From positions 1-38,571 of the IMG/VR virus record IMGVR_UViG_3300030372_004948: 38,571 nucleotides of DNA; one strand, 5' to 3'. Below the pieces are notes generated by a model that was given only the letters and a program-made list of their open reading frames with translations, was not told the DNA's origin and did not search any database. This stretch comes from a virus. Its lineage: Duplodnaviria; Caudoviricetes. Below, piece by piece: positions 24,628 through 34,520 of the stretch. Each line of letters opens with the position of its first letter. The first letter of the stretch is position 1. The position numbers and the translations under genes are program-made.

Positions 24628-26591
24628 TGGCAAAGTTTCCAACAGACATGCAGTCGCGCATCTCTCGCTCAAAGAGTGAGCGCACTAGGCAGGATAGAGA
24701 GTGGTCAGCTGCTATTCGAATGCTGCGCGGAGACCAGTGGCTGTATTGGGACAAGCGAGCCAAGCGCTATGGCGAGGTGCCTCGAGCTCCACAGCAGGTC
24801 CGCGTCACCGTCAACCAGATGATGAACATCGAGCGTAGCATCCTGGCTAGGTTGACGCTCAACACGCCGACTCCGGTGGTTATCCCGGCAAGCGACACCA
24901 TTGACGACATCACTAAGGCCACGGCTTCAGAGATGGCGCTCAGGTATTTCTGGCTTTCCGATAAACAGACACGCAAGTGGCAAGAGTGCATCCGGTGGAT
25001 GTGCCAGACAGGCAACTGCGGACTCCACACCTACTACGAGCCAGCATACGAGGTTACAAAGGCCGCCGACTCCATGCCAGGTGACGAGGAGCTTGAGGGG
25101 CCGAAACCTGACAAGGTTGTTGGCGGCAAGAAGGTCATGGGCAAGGTGCGTTGTGATGTCATCAGCCCGCTGAACATGTTCTACGAGCCAGGCGTTCACT
25201 CGCCGGACGAAGCCCGGTGGGTTGCTATTCGGAGCTACTCAACGAAGGCCGAACTCAAGGACACCTATCCTGACAAGGCTGACAAGATTGAGCAGTTGAG
25301 CCCTGACTCACAAGAGCACAGGTACGCTTTTCAGGACTATGTCCCCGATGGCCGACTTGAGGTCTACGAGGTCTATTGGAAAGACGGACGACACGCCATC
25401 CTGTGCGGGGACTTGTACCTGCAAACAGAGTTCAGTGAAGACGTGCGAGACACCTTCCCTGTGCGCTTGGTGCGATACCATGTCATCGAGGGAGACCTCT
25501 GGGGCCAGGGTCCGATGGTCCAGATCGCCGACCTCCAACAGCTGTACAACCGCACTCGAACGCAGATCCATGCGAACGTGCGCCTTATGGGCAACCCGCC
25601 TTGGCTGATCCCGCGCACCGCTGATGTCCGAAAGGGCACCATCATGAACAAGCCTGGCGGCGTCATCCGGTTTACACCTGGTGGTGGAGCGCCCTCGCCA
25701 GCGGCGCCACAGCAACTTCCGGCCCACGTAGTCCGAGAGCCGGCCCTTCTGCGCGAAGAGATGAGCGACGTTGCCGGTGCTCACGGGGCCACCCTTGGAC
25801 GACGCGAGGCTGGTGTTAAGAGCGGGGTGCATGCTCGGACGCTGACGCAGCAGGACTCAGCCCAGTTGCTTGCAACCCAGCAGGAGGTTGTGGCTGCGGT
25901 TGAAGACACCATGATGACAGTGCTCATGTTGATGAAGCGGCACTACACCGAGCGGCGAGTCATCAAGATGCTGGACAGCGCAGGAGCTCCGGCGTGGAAG
26001 GCTATCTCGAACACTGACATTGTCGACAACCCTGAGATCTATGTCGACGGCAACACGCTCTTCAAACTCGACGCTGCCAACCGTGAGTCTCGAGTGCTTG
26101 AGATGACGCAGCTCGGACTCATGACGCCTGAAGAGGCGCGAGACGCGATTAGCTTCCGCACCTTCGACAAGCGCATCACTGAGGAGTTTGTGCAGATCAG
26201 CCACTTCAGGGACATGCTGCAAGCGGTCATCTTGGGCGAGAAGATCCAAGTGCTGCCGACAGACAACCTGGACGCCTTTACAAAGGTGTTCACCGAGTTT
26301 GTCCAGTCGCCTCCGTACTACGACCTTCCGCCAGGGACTCAGGACTACATCGCACAGCTAATCGTTGATGTCAGCATGTTCGGAGCCCCTGAGCAGCAGT
26401 GGCAAGCCGCCTCAGACATTAAGACGGTTGCGCCGCACCAGTCGCCAAAACAAACCGCGCCACAGATGATGCCGATGGCGCAGGCAGCGCCGCCCATGGA
26501 CCCAATGGAGCAGACCCCGATGCCAACAGAGGGTCAGAACCTGCCGGGACTACCTAGCGCTATCTCGTCTATGCAGGGAGGCGGAGGATGA
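24627..26591 (+). CDS. Portal protein (P22-like)
   Basis: 654 aa; WGQGP...LQQLYNR, NPPWLIP, KPGGVI, SGVH motifs; Gln/Pro/Met-rich tail. Confidence 0.88.
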   Translation: MAKFPTDMQSRISRSKSERTRQDREWSAAIRMLRGDQWLYWDKRAKRYGEVPRAPQQVRVTVNQMMNIERSILARLTLNTPTPVVIPASDTIDDITKATASEMALRYFWLSDKQTRKWQECIRWMCQTGNCGLHTYYEPAYEVTKAADSMPGDEELEGPKPDKVVGGKKVMGKVRCDVISPLNMFYEPGVHSPDEARWVAIRSYSTKAELKDTYPDKADKIEQLSPDSQEHRYAFQDYVPDGRLEVYEVYWKDGRHAILCGDLYLQTEFSEDVRDTFPVRLVRYHVIEGDLWGQGPMVQIADLQQLYNRTRTQIHANVRLMGNPPWLIPRTADVRKGTIMNKPGGVIRFTPGGGAPSPAAPQQLPAHVVREPALLREEMSDVAGAHGATLGRREAGVKSGVHARTLTQQDSAQLLATQQEVVAAVEDTMMTVLMLMKRHYTERRVIKMLDSAGAPAWKAISNTDIVDNPEIYVDGNTLFKLDAANRESRVLEMTQLGLMTPEEARDAISFRTFDKRITEEFVQISHFRDMLQAVILGEKIQVLPTDNLDAFTKVFTEFVQSPPYYDLPPGTQDYIAQLIVDVSMFGAPEQQWQAASDIKTVAPHQSPKQTAPQMMPMAQAAPPMDPMEQTPMPTEGQNLPGLPSAISSMQGGGG

Positions 26592-27250
26592 CAGTCGCCG
26601 AAGTAGCAGCCATGTTCCGAGTGTACATGGATGAGCCCGACAAGACCTTTGTCAACGACGCGCAGCTGTCGACATGGCTTGCGAGCGCTTATGACGACTT
26701 TAGGTCTATCGTCACAGAGATGGACCCGCACATCTATCTGCGCCAGCAGGTGTATTCGCTGTCGAACGCAAGGACGCTTGACCTTGCCACCTCGGCGCCG
26801 GCCATCCTTGGCTCAACAGCTGCCGCCGGCACCAGGCTTTACCAACTCGTGAACATCTACACGATTGAAAGCACGACGCAGCCGAACAACATTGTCGCGA
26901 GCCTTGAGCCGTCTCTGTCGGTTACAAGCACCTACGACTCCAGGTCGAACTACACGCTTCAGGGGACGCAGCTGACGTTCCCAGAGGCGGTGACGATGGA
27001 CATCAGGATTGACTACATCCCTGAGCCAAACATCAACTGGGCCGGGCTTGGCGCCTCTTACATCGACGACCTCAACAGGTTTCACGACATCATCGCGCTG
27101 CTTGCGTATCTGCAATACGCGATCGTTGACGTAGCTCCGAACAACGAGCTCAACGGGCAGCTAGCGCGCCGCATTGAGCAGCTGCGGTCGTATCTCGAGG
27201 GCCGCGCAGGCGGGATTGTGGAGCGCGTCGTTGACGTAAGGTGGATGTAG
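26588..27250 (+). CDS. Head-tail adaptor-like protein
   Basis: MTVAEV...R..MDEP...QLSTWLASAY and RFHDIIALLA patterns; follows portal. Confidence 0.7.
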   Translation: MTVAEVAAMFRVYMDEPDKTFVNDAQLSTWLASAYDDFRSIVTEMDPHIYLRQQVYSLSNARTLDLATSAPAILGSTAAAGTRLYQLVNIYTIESTTQPNNIVASLEPSLSVTSTYDSRSNYTLQGTQLTFPEAVTMDIRIDYIPEPNINWAGLGASYIDDLNRFHDIIALLAYLQYAIVDVAPNNELNGQLARRIEQLRSYLEGRAGGIVERVVDVRWM

Positions 27251-30130
27251 ATGGCGGTTAAGTACGACGAGGTGGAGGTCCTCGGAGGGGGTATAAAGTA
27301 CGACCGCCCATCCAAGGGGAGCTTCGCGCTTAACCTAGTGCGCCGCCACGGTGCGTGGGAAGTGCGCCAAGGTTTTGGTCAGCTTGCTCAGTACGACACC
27401 CGCATTACTAACAACATTGTGCCCGATGGCGGAAGCCCTATTAATGGCAACTGGGGATATCAAAAGCACCTCGGTAGCTACATCATGCAGACGGACTTTG
27501 GCCACGAGCAGATAATCAGCGTGTTTAAGGCCAGGGTGTACACGTCTGAAGTCGACAACAAGCGCGCCCAGATTGCCAATGTCTACGTCGTTAGCATCTA
27601 CGACACGACAACTCGAGAGAGGTGGGAAGAGCCGCTATATAGGCACACGTCTGAGTCTGGCCTGAACAACAAAGATAACCACCTCAGGAAGGGGCACTAC
27701 GAGACAAACAGGAACAGGGACTACCAGGCTTGGGTTGTTGCGACTTCCGAAGAGACGTTTTCGTTCGCAGAGATACGAGACACTGTCTACTTTGGCTCAC
27801 CTGGCACTCAGTTGTATGCGTATACCCCATGCACTTTCCGTGGCAACCGCCGGAGGTTTGTGTCCGGGGCGCACGACCATGAGTGGTCGCCTCCATATTC
27901 TGAGTCGTCGATGGTCTGGAGGGTGCGGCCGTCTCCAGGTGCAGACATCGATGTTTACGGTGTGGAGGGGTACAGGACGTCTTCAGGCATCCCGTCCCCC
28001 CAGGCTCTTATTGCGTGGGGCGGAAGGCTTGTCATCGCGGGCAACGACAGGGAGGTGTTCTTTTCCCAGAAGGACATGCCCACGGCGTACATCGACCTTG
28101 ATGTTGTTGTTATCCCAACCGAGGGCTCAATCACTGCGATGGCGGCCATGGGCCAAAGCATCTACGTGTTCACCGAGACAGAGACATTCTTCTACCAACC
28201 AGCGACAAGGTCTGGCGACCCGCTTGCGTCACAGGGGATGGAGGCTGTGCTGGTGTCTGACACCATCGGGTGCGTGTCGCAATCGTGTGTGACCAAGACA
28301 GACAACGCCGTCGTATGGGTAAGCAGCACTGGCGTCCATGTCTCCGGGACGCCAATGGATATCCAGACAATCTCAGACCCGATCGCTCCATTCTTCACCG
28401 ACTTCCTGACAGATCCGATGACCACGTTCTTTGCTGCACAAACAGCGCAGTCGGGTTCAATCAATCCGAACCTAAAGCAGCGGAACAGCGTCATCACTCC
28501 AAACATGTCAGGCGCGTCATCCACTTATAGTGAGAAGCTCTCGGCGCTGCTCATCACGCTCCCTGAGGAGAATGTCACTCTGTGCCACTCTGGCGGTGAG
28601 TGGTCCATGTGGACGTATCAATCCAACACGGGCGAGGATGCGTTTGTGCCCGATGTCGGGGCCGGCGCGGTAGAGCGCATATCTTACCCGTGGCTCTTGT
28701 GCAGGGACCAGGGCTTGTACCTTGTAGGCTCTGTTGATTCCGGGTCTTTCTACGACCAAGCGAGGTACGCAGGCACCGTAGATGTCAATGATGACGCTAC
28801 CTCTCGGTCAGCGTATCTTCTTGAGTACGGTCGCGGCGGAGCTATCGACAGAAGCGTTGACGACGAAGACGAGCGCGCGCTGGCGGGCAAGTTTGTTTAC
28901 CACGCGACCGGCGCTGTTACGAGTGCGTACACACCCATCCTTGTTTTGGGCGAGTGGTTGCCTGTCGAGCAGCGGTACAAGTTCCAAGGCCTTTCGTCTG
29001 GCGCCCCGACCGGGGAGTCGGCTCCCTCTGCGCCCAATAAGACGTTCCTTGTGCCTGTTTATATTGTTCCGGGGCCAAGCATTACCGGCGCCGCGACGGT
29101 CAACCAGTATCATCGGATTAGGATACGGTTCTTCTTTGACTCGACGAAGTGGCGCCCAATCTTTGACGACGCGACAACGTCGACAGACATTAGTCTGATA
29201 TACCCGCCAGAGCGCATGGCCTCGTCAGCTGGGTGGGTAAAGCGCAAGTGCGAAGATGGCGCTGGTGCAGCCGCCAGGAACGGCCTTGAGATTAACCTTG
29301 AGTGGCTCGGGTCAAGCGGGGGGCACAACCTTGGGCCAGCCATGAACGTGGCCCCGAGTAAGCTCAACCTGTTGTGCTACATCCCAATGATGACCATTGC
29401 GGATGCAGATGTTTCAGGCATGGGCATCACTAGGCCGCAGACCGCTCCTGCGGGATATATTAATACTTTTTGCGAGGTTGAGGACGGTGATGTGCCAACA
29501 ACATACCAGGCGCCAGAGGTGCTGGTGTGGAGGCAGTGGCGGATATTTAACACAAACAAGGAAGACAACGTTTCAAGGCCGGTGGACTGGGCCTACATGT
29601 CTGAAGATGTTGGTCTGCCTGAAGACGCTCGAGTCAAAGGCAGGGGTGTGTCCGCAAGGCTGTTGAGCCACGGTGTCGGCACTGACGTTACTGGGTCGTG
29701 GACGCAGAGCATATTCAACACCATGCTCGCGGCGGACCTGAAGACGTGGACGCCGCAGGTCCTGGACTACCTTGGCAACCCGGCTTCATACACGGGCCCG
29801 GTGAGCATTAAGAGCAACCTGTACCCAACGCCTGAGGCGCACAACACCATTAGGGACAGGGTTCAAAATGGCTCAGGGACGCTTATCAAGCCAACGTATG
29901 ACTCGGGGGCCGTGTATGGCGACCCGGCCACGCATTCATTCCAAGCGAACACGTACCTCATCGGCGACGAGCAGGTGGATGAGATCACCACTTCCGAGTC
30001 CATGAAGGGCAACAGTGTTGCAATGATGCTGTTCGGGTTTATGCGAAACCCGGCAGAGCGACTCAAACTCGAGAGCGTTAAGCTGCTCTTCCGCATAGTC
30101 GGCGCTGGTCGACGGAGGAGGGGTAGATGA
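27251..30130 (+). CDS. Tail nozzle/DNA-stabilisation protein (beta-propeller; P22 gp10 / T7 gp12-like)
   Basis: 959 aa, beta-rich; WGGRLVIAG..VFFS, IGCVSQ, VVWVS repeats; follows adaptor. Confidence 0.7.
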   Translation: MAVKYDEVEVLGGGIKYDRPSKGSFALNLVRRHGAWEVRQGFGQLAQYDTRITNNIVPDGGSPINGNWGYQKHLGSYIMQTDFGHEQIISVFKARVYTSEVDNKRAQIANVYVVSIYDTTTRERWEEPLYRHTSESGLNNKDNHLRKGHYETNRNRDYQAWVVATSEETFSFAEIRDTVYFGSPGTQLYAYTPCTFRGNRRRFVSGAHDHEWSPPYSESSMVWRVRPSPGADIDVYGVEGYRTSSGIPSPQALIAWGGRLVIAGNDREVFFSQKDMPTAYIDLDVVVIPTEGSITAMAAMGQSIYVFTETETFFYQPATRSGDPLASQGMEAVLVSDTIGCVSQSCVTKTDNAVVWVSSTGVHVSGTPMDIQTISDPIAPFFTDFLTDPMTTFFAAQTAQSGSINPNLKQRNSVITPNMSGASSTYSEKLSALLITLPEENVTLCHSGGEWSMWTYQSNTGEDAFVPDVGAGAVERISYPWLLCRDQGLYLVGSVDSGSFYDQARYAGTVDVNDDATSRSAYLLEYGRGGAIDRSVDDEDERALAGKFVYHATGAVTSAYTPILVLGEWLPVEQRYKFQGLSSGAPTGESAPSAPNKTFLVPVYIVPGPSITGAATVNQYHRIRIRFFFDSTKWRPIFDDATTSTDISLIYPPERMASSAGWVKRKCEDGAGAAARNGLEINLEWLGSSGGHNLGPAMNVAPSKLNLLCYIPMMTIADADVSGMGITRPQTAPAGYINTFCEVEDGDVPTTYQAPEVLVWRQWRIFNTNKEDNVSRPVDWAYMSEDVGLPEDARVKGRGVSARLLSHGVGTDVTGSWTQSIFNTMLAADLKTWTPQVLDYLGNPASYTGPVSIKSNLYPTPEAHNTIRDRVQNGSGTLIKPTYDSGAVYGDPATHSFQANTYLIGDEQVDEITTSESMKGNSVAMMLFGFMRNPAERLKLESVKLLFRIVGAGRRRRGR

Positions 30131-30750
30131 GCCTGAACGAGATCTGGTTAAAGAAGAGAGCCAAGGCAAGGGTCGACACTGGCGAGGCAAAGGACGCGCC
30201 AGCTCCGGCAGCGCAGGGTTTTAACGATATTGTCCGAAGAAAACTCGGGGACATTGCGTCTGCGCTAAGGCTTACGATGCCCGGCTCGACGTTCAAAGAG
30301 ACGCGCGTGGCCAACAACACCTTTCTGCTTGCCCCAGGCGGATACGGTGGCGCTACGCTGTCAAAGACCTTGTCGGAGATGCACGCAGTGTCGCCTGGAG
30401 CTCGCATGGACAGGGGCCTTAACCTTGTCGGCTCTGCGGTTATTGATGGCGTCTTGCTCGCAGGCTCTGGACCAGAGGGGTGTGCGGTGGTTAGGAGCAC
30501 GGCCACGGTGATATTCAGGGGATGCACCTTTGAGAGGCCGACTGACTCGGCCCAGTCAATGGTGACCGTTGAGGCCAGTGGCCGGGCGATCTTTCTTGGT
30601 TGCGTCTTTAGGGGTAGTGGGACGACAGCGCTGCCGATGATCTCTCACGGTGGCCCTGCCGCAAACGTGCAGGTAGCGTTCTGCTACAACGCAACTGGGA
30701 ACCCCACGTTGTTCACCCCCGGCACCGCTACAGGGACAGGGAATATCTGA
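30127..30750 (+). CDS. Probable tail protein with short beta-helix-like repeats
   Basis: VIFRGCTF / IFLGCVF repeats; ATGA overlap. Confidence 0.6.
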   Translation: MSLNEIWLKKRAKARVDTGEAKDAPAPAAQGFNDIVRRKLGDIASALRLTMPGSTFKETRVANNTFLLAPGGYGGATLSKTLSEMHAVSPGARMDRGLNLVGSAVIDGVLLAGSGPEGCAVVRSTATVIFRGCTFERPTDSAQSMVTVEASGRAIFLGCVFRGSGTTALPMISHGGPAANVQVAFCYNATGNPTLFTPGTATGTGNI

Positions 30751-31715
30751 TGGCTTGGAAGCGGCACACGCGCAACCTTACGAAGGAAGTGTTCTATGAC
30801 GGCACCACGATCGATGGCTCGCGCTTGGAGAAAGCGCTTGGCGATATCGAAGAGGGCGTCAACAACGTCCAAAAGGGCAACACCAGGCAGCGCTTCGTTG
30901 CGACGCAGTATCACGCGGGCTTTAACCCTCAGATGGAGCTCGGTACTGACAACACGCACAGGTGGCCATGGCTTGACGCCACAAACAACAAATCGCCGGT
31001 CGGGGGAGGCCTGCCCGTCAGTAGTGTTTCAATGCCAGAAAACGCTCCGTACAACTTAAAGAGGTTCAAGGGCATAACTGTCCCAGGCATCGATGACGGG
31101 ATTCAATCCTCAGATCAGTTTGCTTGGACGCGAACGCTTTATTTTGACAAGCCGGTGATTCTCTACGGCGTAAGCGTGCTGCTGCAAAACGACCTCGGGG
31201 TTACCGCGGATAGACCGTTTCCGGGGACGAGAGATGCAGCGAGCGCCCCTGCGTACACCTATACCGGGGGGGCAACCGGCGCATCTGTCCCCGGAGGACT
31301 CTCGGCAAGCTCAAACACAATAGACTTGCCCATTGTCCTCGATGTCATGAACCCTGGCTCCCCAGAGGACGCCGAGTTGACTGACGTTGAGTACACAAGG
31401 ACCCTCCTTGAGATCAACGAGGAAACAACGTCTGCGCTCCAACCGAACTCAAGCGGCGTTGGCTGGGCGGATTTTCAGCCGACGTATGACTCGGTGGACG
31501 TTGCCGACGCGAGGCCCCTATATGGAAGGCTGTTTGAGCACCGGGACCTGAATATACCGATTCACGAGAGGGCGAGGGTGCGTCTTGCGATCGTGCTGCC
31601 GCTCTACGACAACACCAGTGACGGGTTCACGTATGGCTCATGGGGTTTCGACCCGTGGTACCTCCAGGGATGGAGCGTCACTATTACGGTGCTCGAGGAG
31701 GTTCAGACCCTGTAA
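30750..31715 (+). CDS. Probable tail/virion protein (321 aa)
   Basis: TGATG coupling; beta-rich; in the structural block. Confidence 0.65.
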   Translation: MAWKRHTRNLTKEVFYDGTTIDGSRLEKALGDIEEGVNNVQKGNTRQRFVATQYHAGFNPQMELGTDNTHRWPWLDATNNKSPVGGGLPVSSVSMPENAPYNLKRFKGITVPGIDDGIQSSDQFAWTRTLYFDKPVILYGVSVLLQNDLGVTADRPFPGTRDAASAPAYTYTGGATGASVPGGLSASSNTIDLPIVLDVMNPGSPEDAELTDVEYTRTLLEINEETTSALQPNSSGVGWADFQPTYDSVDVADARPLYGRLFEHRDLNIPIHERARVRLAIVLPLYDNTSDGFTYGSWGFDPWYLQGWSVTITVLEEVQTL

Positions 31716-33592
31716 TGGCCAAGATCACACGCAGCAAACTGGCCCGTGGTGCCAAACTCCTGAAGGAGCATGTCTTTGACCCAATGATCTCGGCCCAGAG
31801 CCAAGCTACGTCGGCAAACATTGAATCGGACCAGCGCTCTGGTCCATACGCACCGTTCCGAATAAACCTGTCGGTGCCCTTTTTGGACAGACTAAGCAAC
31901 AAGACAGCCTCTGAAATACCAGACTTTGTAACGGGACACTCTAATGGGCCGTTCCATGCCATTCCGTTCATGCTCCCGCCATTCCAAGAGCAACTTTCAT
32001 TCAGCACGTCAGGCGCGCGCGGCGGACGCGCTGTCCAAGTGTCGGACAGCATGCCTGAGGTTGTCTTGGACGAAATCTCGTTTTCGTTCGACCAGCGTCT
32101 AGAGCCAGCTGCGATTGTTAGCAACTGGGACGGCGCCCCAACCGGCGACGATGGGGAGGGCATTTACCAGGGGCTCACTTCGTATGAAAGATCTGACCGG
32201 CTAACGATTGACCTTGCGGTCATGGAGAAGATGCCGACGTGGTTTGAAGGCACGCCAAACCCGACAAACTTTCTTCCCGGACGTGTTGTTTGGTCTGGGA
32301 GAATCAACGCGCTTGATGTTCAGGATGGCTTCTTTCGCCTTAACCCGTGGGTGAGTTCCTCGATCAATGAGGTCATCGACCCCTTTAAGACCTACGTGTT
32401 TACCATCTCGGCCCCCAACCTGGGGACTGGGCCGATATCAGATGTCGCTGCGCGGACAGATGTCACCCTTGTGTCCATTGAGGTGTCGCTCAAGTTCCTA
32501 ACGAAACTGACGGCGCGAGACTCGGGGACGCGGATTCAAAACATACCGAAGCGCCACGACGGACTGCCTAACGATAACATGACGCTGGTCGAAAGGCTGG
32601 TCACCACGGGGGCCGGGCAGAACTCGGCTACCGCAAGGCCGCTGATTAACACCCCTGGGATGGCGGTGGGCCCTGGCAACCCCATATCGGCAAACAACGC
32701 AACCGTAGGCGTGCAGACGTCAATGGCCGTAATCGATGAGATGTCGAGGCGGAAGTTCCAAGGTGGATACAAGCTAGACTCAGACCTCCCCATGATTGAG
32801 GAGCTCAAGGATACGGCGGCGTACACCGTCATTGCCGTGCCGCTGTTCAACAACATGCAGTTTGGCGGGTTGTGCGCCCAGGACTTTGGCGACATGCCCT
32901 ACATCGGTTCAACCGGTGCGAACAAGTTTGCAATCGACCGCAGGTATATTCCGATTGAAAGCCCCATGACCATTCACCATGTGCTGTTCACTTACAGTTG
33001 GATGCCTTTCTACCGCAAACAGTCTGGCGGGGCGGGTGGTCCTCAGTCCATCGACGGACTGCCATACAATACTCCTGGGGCGGCATATACGCCCATGCAG
33101 CTGACTGTTGGCGTGGGCATCGGCATGGGCATGCGGGGTGACTCGTTTGGCTACCAACAGGTAGCCGGCCCCAAAACGATACAGGCGCCGGGCACACCGT
33201 CGTGGTACGGTGCAGCGGTTGACCTCATCCAGCACGGGCAGCCGGAAACTCTTCCGCAAACGGGTGAGAGCGCTGATTGGAACGCCGGCACTCGGAACCC
33301 GTGGAACATTGAACTCCATGCAATGGACTTGGTAGGCACTGGCTCGCCGAGCCTTAACGGGATGACGTCGCAAGGCGAACCCGTGTTTGTCGGTCGCGGC
33401 TCTTCTACGACTGGCTCGCGCCAAAATATTGCCGGCGCACCGTCTGCTGTTGCGGGGGGAGAGCAGTGGATTGAAGTTCGGGCAAAACTTGGAGACCCAA
33501 CACTGAGCCCCGGTAGTTATGACGCCACGTCAATGATGGTCGGCGCTGGGGGTATTTGGGTGTACATTATCGGCAAGACACACTTGGTGTGA
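31715..33592 (+). CDS. Probable tail/virion protein (625 aa, MAKITRSKL...)
   Basis: TAATG coupling and GAGGAGG upstream place the start at 31715 rather than 31640. Confidence 0.65.
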   Translation: MAKITRSKLARGAKLLKEHVFDPMISAQSQATSANIESDQRSGPYAPFRINLSVPFLDRLSNKTASEIPDFVTGHSNGPFHAIPFMLPPFQEQLSFSTSGARGGRAVQVSDSMPEVVLDEISFSFDQRLEPAAIVSNWDGAPTGDDGEGIYQGLTSYERSDRLTIDLAVMEKMPTWFEGTPNPTNFLPGRVVWSGRINALDVQDGFFRLNPWVSSSINEVIDPFKTYVFTISAPNLGTGPISDVAARTDVTLVSIEVSLKFLTKLTARDSGTRIQNIPKRHDGLPNDNMTLVERLVTTGAGQNSATARPLINTPGMAVGPGNPISANNATVGVQTSMAVIDEMSRRKFQGGYKLDSDLPMIEELKDTAAYTVIAVPLFNNMQFGGLCAQDFGDMPYIGSTGANKFAIDRRYIPIESPMTIHHVLFTYSWMPFYRKQSGGAGGPQSIDGLPYNTPGAAYTPMQLTVGVGIGMGMRGDSFGYQQVAGPKTIQAPGTPSWYGAAVDLIQHGQPETLPQTGESADWNAGTRNPWNIELHAMDLVGTGSPSLNGMTSQGEPVFVGRGSSTTGSRQNIAGAPSAVAGGEQWIEVRAKLGDPTLSPGSYDATSMMVGAGGIWVYIIGKTHLV

Positions 33593-33600
33593 GGTAGGTC

Positions 33601-34518
33601 ATGAGTTCAAGCACAGAGGGCGGCGGCATTAGCGTTGCGCCATTCCTTGCAGGCAAGTCACAGCAAGACATTCTTGGCGCTTTGTCGGCGCAGACTGCGG
33701 AGGCCAGGAAGGCCGCAGCCGCTCAGAAGGACTTTGGCAAGCAGGCTGGCACTGCCATCAGGCGCGCGGCTGACGAGGCGAACAAACTCTCTCGAGCGCA
33801 GGTTGCGCGCGGAGTTGCGGCTGCAAGAGGCTCCGGCATCGCGACGGGTGGTGGGCTTGCTGGCCTTAGCGGCTCGACAGCTGTCAACGCCATGAGGGAG
33901 CAGATGGCGGCAGCCGCTCAGGCAGAAGCTGGCGCTGTAAGCGCGGAGCAGGCGGCTGAGAAGGCGTACTTTGACATGCGCGAAAAGGCTGCCCTCGCTG
34001 CCTCTGAAGAAGCGGTTAAGCGTGGCGAGCTCAAGTCGGGCCAGCAGGGAGCCGGCATGGCGTTTGTCGATGAGATCGCGCTCATCGAGAATCAGTACGA
34101 GTCTGGTCAGATCAACGAAGAGCAAGCGGCTGCGCAGATTGCCGGCAAGGCGAAGTTCCTCGACCCGAACGACCCGACCCAGAGAACCGCGCTTAAGCAG
34201 TCCTTTAACCAGCTCTGGATGATGGCAACAGAAAGCCCGGAGAGCGCCCCGGGCGATGCGATGCTTGAAGCGCTCTTATCCGCTGGCATTCCAGTTGAGC
34301 AATTGTTTGCATCGTGGACCGGCGGCACGGATAGCGCAAACACCAATGCGTTCTACAACATGGCGATGGCGGTATATAATGCGAACAGGCCAGCTGGGAC
34401 TGAGGAGCTAAAGGTCGGGTTGCCTGGCTCTAGTGGGTGGGACGTCGACAACGGTGCTGCGAGCAAGGCGGCCATTGAAGCCGCCCTGATGTCAATCCAG
34501 CCGCAGGCGGGGGCGTAA
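33601..34518 (+). CDS. Probable ejection/internal virion protein (Ala-rich, helical)
   Basis: Composition, and first of three increasingly large genes ending the structural operon. Confidence 0.6.
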   Translation: MSSSTEGGGISVAPFLAGKSQQDILGALSAQTAEARKAAAAQKDFGKQAGTAIRRAADEANKLSRAQVARGVAAARGSGIATGGGLAGLSGSTAVNAMREQMAAAAQAEAGAVSAEQAAEKAYFDMREKAALAASEEAVKRGELKSGQQGAGMAFVDEIALIENQYESGQINEEQAAAQIAGKAKFLDPNDPTQRTALKQSFNQLWMMATESPESAPGDAMLEALLSAGIPVEQLFASWTGGTDSANTNAFYNMAMAVYNANRPAGTEELKVGLPGSSGWDVDNGAASKAAIEAALMSIQPQAGA

Positions 34519-34520
34519 AC

